36,271 nt of DNA from an uncultured Gammaproteobacteria bacterium (GTDB lineage: Bacteria > Patescibacteriota > Microgenomatia > PFEM01 > CAYIUX01): the NCBI GenBank assembly GCA_964366795.1, contig CAYIUX010000002.1, forward strand, positions 1-36,271. Direction: 5' to 3'. The notes beneath the pieces are model-generated. The model was not told the DNA's origin and searched no databases. It saw nothing but the letters and a program-made list of their open reading frames with translations. The translations under genes were made by a program, and so were the position numbers. Below are positions 33,016 to 36,271 of the stretch, one piece after another. The number at the start of each line of letters is the position of its first letter. The first letter of the stretch is position 1.

Positions 33016-34519
33016 TACCTTGATAGTGTACTAACTTCATAACCGCAATTCCACCTGGCGCTGGCCAACTGCCAACAATTTCTGCCCTTCCGAAACCAGC
33101 AATCTCCCAAAGAGAATGACCCAAGGGTTTACAGTCAGCAATCTCACAGACTACTAAGAGTTGGTCTGTAACAGTTTTTCTTTCCGGATCAATTTGGGGA
33201 TTTTCAATTGTAATTGGTTTGCGTCCCCAAATTTCCAAAAAATAACGATAAGCATGGTCGGAATTTTGGCCAGTGATTAGGGCAAAGTTAAATGGTTTAC
33301 CTTCGGTTTTTTCTAGAATAATTTTGGCAATTTGTTTTGTTTGCTCAAGTTGGCGGTTTGCTGGATAACGAAAAGAGATGCCCCGAAGGTTAACAAAAAT
33401 AATAGAGCAATAGAGCAATAGAGCAAGAGAGCAAGAGATTTTATTAATTCTGGCGATTCTAGTTAAGGCAAAAGCGGTAAGCAGAAATGGTAAAGGAAAC
33501 ATAAAGCCAAAATAATAATCATAAATAGGCTTTTGATAAAAAATAAACAGACCAACACCAACAATCAACCAAAGTCCCAAAAGAGAGCATCTCTGAAAAA
33601 CTTTCTCCTGCTTTCTTTTTTTAAACCAGAAAAAGAAAAAAGTTACTAAGGAACCAAAAATGAGAAAATACCCTAAAGTTGTTTGATTATTAGTGACTAA
33701 GCGATTAAAAAGCCGAAAGCTAACATCGGTAATGATAGGGAAAAATTTTCGCCAAACAAAACCTGTTTCTTCCCCAAATAAAATAAATCGGTAAAGAGTT
33801 TGAAAATTGGGGAAGTTATGTCTTAATTCGAATAACAAGAATGGTAACCAACCTAAAAGAAATCCCCCAATTGCCCCAAAATAATACTTTAAATATTTAA
33901 ACTGACGAAAAAACCTTAAAAGATAAACCGCGACGACAACCATCAAAAACACAGCCAAATAATGAAGCTGAATCAAAATGCCAAATAAAAATCCTATTAA
34001 TAATAGAAACTTTGGTTTGCCCTCCACCACCATTTTCCAAGTTACCCAAATAATCAAAAGTGAGAAAAATGGCATCAAATTCGGATTCCAAGAAGAACGA
34101 GAATAAGCAACAACTAAAGGCGAAATAGCGTAAAGTCCAGCGGCTAACAATCCAACCCTATTATTAAAAAAATCTTTTCCTGCTTTATAGACCAAAAATA
34201 CTGTGGCAATGCCGAAAAGAGCCACCATCACTGCCGGACCAACCGGATCTAAACGAAAAGCCCATAAAAATGGAATCATAAAATAGTAGTAAATTGGTCC
34301 CAGGAAAAAACCACCCACACTGGCGGTCGGACCTAATAAAGTAAATTTATGGTCAACGATTATTCTTTTTACCACTAAAACATCTCGACCCTCGTCACCT
34401 AAAAACGTTATATAATCAGCAATCCTATAAAGCCGCAAAAAAGCCCCAAGCAAGATAACAAAAACAAGAAGAATAAACTCAATTTTGTTTTCCTTAATCC
34501 AATTGATTAACCTTTTCAT
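33008..34519 (-). CDS. GT39-like GT-C membrane glycosyltransferase, GD(Q/E)GRD-loop subfamily
   Basis: ORF 33008..34534. Preferred start is ATG 34519 (MKRLINWIKENKIEFILLVFV), forming an ATGA overlap with the upstream stop at 34516. Motifs LRLYRIADYITFLGDEGRDVLVVKRII, AISPLVVAYSRSSWNP, DHAYRYFL. Confidence 0.8.
   Translation of the reverse strand: MKRLINWIKENKIEFILLVFVILLGAFLRLYRIADYITFLGDEGRDVLVVKRIIVDHKFTLLGPTASVGGFFLGPIYYYFMIPFLWAFRLDPVGPAVMVALFGIATVFLVYKAGKDFFNNRVGLLAAGLYAISPLVVAYSRSSWNPNLMPFFSLLIIWVTWKMVVEGKPKFLLLIGFLFGILIQLHYLAVFLMVVVAVYLLRFFRQFKYLKYYFGAIGGFLLGWLPFLLFELRHNFPNFQTLYRFILFGEETGFVWRKFFPIITDVSFRLFNRLVTNNQTTLGYFLIFGSLVTFFFFWFKKRKQEKVFQRCSLLGLWLIVGVGLFIFYQKPIYDYYFGFMFPLPFLLTAFALTRIARINKISCSLALLLYCSIIFVNLRGISFRYPANRQLEQTKQIAKIILEKTEGKPFNFALITGQNSDHAYRYFLEIWGRKPITIENPQIDPERKTVTDQLLVVCEIADCKPLGHSLWEIAGFGRAEIVGSWPAPGGIAVMKLVHYQGNE
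33401..33440. repeat. Octanucleotide tandem tract AATAGAGC x3 + AAGAGAGC + AAGAGATT
   Basis: Read directly; frame checked. Encodes ISCSLALLLYCSI in GT39-like 33008..34519. Confidence 0.8.
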
Positions 34520-35211
34520 CGAAGCTTTCTCCAAAGTTTAAAAAGATTAATAAGACTTCCAATGACAACCTTAATATTCGCACCAGTCTGCTTGCCTTGC
34601 CTTCTTGGATAATGACCAACTCCAATTTCGGCGAATCTAAATCCTAAACGCTTGGCTTTTACTAAAAATTCAATCTGGGTCACTTTTTCTTCGGCTTCAA
34701 GAGGCTGAACTTCCTCAAAAACCTTTCTTTTTATAAGTTTAAAACCACAAGAATAATCTTTAACATCAAGACCAAATAAAATTTTAGCAATTAAGTTCCA
34801 GATAAAGCCGTAAAAGCGCCTAAGGGCTGAATCAGCTCTTTTTATGCGGTATCCTAAAATCAAGTCAGCTTCTTTTGTAAAAGGTAAAAATTTTTTTATA
34901 TCCGAAAAATCAAATTGACCATCGGCGTCGGTAAAAGCCACCCAGGAATATTTACTGGCGGCAAAACCAGACTTTAAAGCCGCCCCATAACCACGATTAG
35001 GAGCGTGAGTAATCATCCGAACCTGGGGATTTTTCTTAATTAAGCCCTCAACAATTTCACCGGTTTTATCAGTTGAACCATCATCAACAACGATAATTTC
35101 CCATTTTTTGGTAATTTGAGGAAGAATCTTAGCCGCTTTAGTAATCGTCGCCTTAATATTCGTCTCTTCGTTGTAAGCAGGGAAAAAAACCGAGAGTTCT
35201 TTAACTTTCAT
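34516..35211 (-). CDS. GT2 glycosyltransferase, Dpm1/GtrB-like polyprenyl-phosphate sugar synthase candidate
   Basis: ORF 34516..35226. Preferred start is ATG 35211 (MKVKELSVFFPAYNEE), forming an ATGA overlap with the upstream stop at 35208. Motifs VVDDGSTDKT, AFTDADGQFD, YSCGFKLIKRKVF. Confidence 0.85.
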   Translation of the reverse strand: MKVKELSVFFPAYNEETNIKATITKAAKILPQITKKWEIIVVDDGSTDKTGEIVEGLIKKNPQVRMITHAPNRGYGAALKSGFAASKYSWVAFTDADGQFDFSDIKKFLPFTKEADLILGYRIKRADSALRRFYGFIWNLIAKILFGLDVKDYSCGFKLIKRKVFEEVQPLEAEEKVTQIEFLVKAKRLGFRFAEIGVGHYPRRQGKQTGANIKVVIGSLINLFKLWRKLR

Positions 35212-36271
35212 TTTTTGCTTTTCCAAATGACACGGGTATACATGAAGTAGTTGTAGGGAACAACAAGGAAAACAATAATAAAGGGTAAAAGAATTTGGCG
35301 ATATTGCGGACCGAGAATTTTTACCCCCAACGTCCCGGCAACAATCATAATCAAAAGCGCTCCGGCGGAAGTAAGATTAAAATGAAAGAATTTTTTCAGA
35401 ATTTGGGTTACCCCGCGAATTTGTTTGGCTTTAAAAGTCCAAAGATTATTAAAGGTGAAATTGGAAATTATTGATAATTCGGTCGAAAGTGCCCAAGCCA
35501 ATGACTCTGGCCAGTACCAAATAGCAGCAAAAAGCTGAAGAGTAGTCGCATTAACTACATAACCAATAAAACCAACGACGCAAAATTTAAAAAACTGTTG
35601 TGAGCGTTCAAGGCGGATTTTGGTCGTCTGAATTACCGTTTCAATAATGTCTTTAATAAATTGTTTGTTAAAACCGACTTTCGCCTTACCAGCTCGTCTA
35701 TCCTCATAAATAGCTGGAATTTCGATAAATTTTGCTCCTGTTTTGGAAAGTTCATAAATCATCGTTGATTGAATCACAAATCCCTTAACGTTTAACCGAC
35801 CAAGATTAACTTTATCCAAAACTCCTTTTACCCGAATCGCCTTAAAACTACCGGCTAAGTCCTTTACTTCCCTAATTCCTCCCCACCAATAATTAATTAA
35901 GTCGTTTGAAATAAAATGGGTCAATTTTCTAGACCAATTGAAATTGTTTTTGCCCCCCTTAACATGGCGAGAGGGAACTACCACGTCATAGCCTTCTTCA
36001 ATTTTTTTAAGCATTTCGGGAATATATTTGGGATTCCACTGAAAATCAACATCATTAGGAATCACCACATCAGCTTTTAGCTTCTCCATCGCGTATAAAT
36101 AAGCCTGAATCATGGAAATTCCCAAACCCCTGGGTGTTTCTAAAAGATAAAGGTTTTTTCTGGTTTTTGCCATTTCTCTAACTATCTCGCCCGTGCCGTC
36201 AGGAGAATGACTATCAACAATCAAGGTAAAAAAATCATATTTAGGATTTTCCTTAGCAATTTTATCTAAGG
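35208..36271 (-). CDS. GT2 (Dpm1-like) fused to a C-terminal GtrA-like 4-TM domain; 5' end lies beyond the right edge
   Basis: The ORF-track start at 36224 is only an internal TTG. The frame stays open to the window edge (..LDKIAKENPKYDFFTLIVDSHSPDGTGEIV). GT-A motifs VDSHSPDGT and VIPNDVDFQ. The C-terminal segment FFKFCVVGFIGYVVNATTLQLF...ELSIISNFTFNNLWTFK...four hydrophobic helices is GtrA-like. Confidence 0.8.
   Translation of the reverse strand, partial: LDKIAKENPKYDFFTLIVDSHSPDGTGEIVREMAKTRKNLYLLETPRGLGISMIQAYLYAMEKLKADVVIPNDVDFQWNPKYIPEMLKKIEEGYDVVVPSRHVKGGKNNFNWSRKLTHFISNDLINYWWGGIREVKDLAGSFKAIRVKGVLDKVNLGRLNVKGFVIQSTMIYELSKTGAKFIEIPAIYEDRRAGKAKVGFNKQFIKDIIETVIQTTKIRLERSQQFFKFCVVGFIGYVVNATTLQLFAAIWYWPESLAWALSTELSIISNFTFNNLWTFKAKQIRGVTQILKKFFHFNLTSAGALLIMIVAGTLGVKILGPQYRQILLPFIIVFLVVPYNYFMYTRVIWKSKK

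Noticed and set aside
1-36271. CRISPR arrays, transposases/integrases, IS inverted repeats, tRNA/rRNA genes, defence-system genes, reassigned UGA
   Set aside because: The only repeats are 7-24-nt in-frame tandem tracts without spacers. No ORF shows DDE, recombinase, nuclease or ATPase motifs, and every sizeable ORF is a glycosyltransferase, flippase or FAD enzyme. No spacer is long enough for an RNA gene. TGA closes at least eight well-supported genes, so a UGA-sense code is excluded.

Overview
This 36.3-kb AT-rich window has almost no non-coding DNA and is filled end to end with membrane-associated glycosylation genes. I count 27 CDS, 25 of them on the minus strand, and both window edges cut through further glycosyltransferase genes. 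Sixteen are large polytopic GT-C-type membrane proteins from at least five families: 8 GT39/ArnT-PMT-like in two subfamilies, 3 YfhO-like, 2 HD-loop PTPS-related-like, 1 DUF2079-like and 2 NPY-loop DUF2029/GT87-like. Eight are GT2 (GT-A) enzymes. At least four of these look like Dpm1/Alg5/GtrB-type polyprenyl-phosphate-sugar synthases, and one is fused to a GtrA-like 4-TM domain. The remaining genes are one GT4, one Wzx/MOP-type flippase and one FAD-dependent UGM/amine-oxidase-like oxidoreductase. I recognised no rRNA, tRNA, CRISPR array, transposase or integrase. I also found no nucleotide-sugar synthesis gene, initiating phosphoglycosyltransferase, Wzy/Wzz or ABC exporter. Genes are chained by ATGA overlaps (8 junctions) and ATGANTAA overlaps (5 junctions). 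TGA is used as a stop, so the code is standard. Gene content, compaction and composition suggest a CPR/Patescibacteria-like reduced genome, but that is inference only. Sequence-level oddities are: 7-8-nt tandem tracts embedded in frame in several genes, a 24-nt tandem hairpin duplication at one gene's 5' end, a GT39 paralogue with no canonical start codon, and two convergent 3' gene overlaps. All family assignments come from motif recognition by eye; no database search was run.
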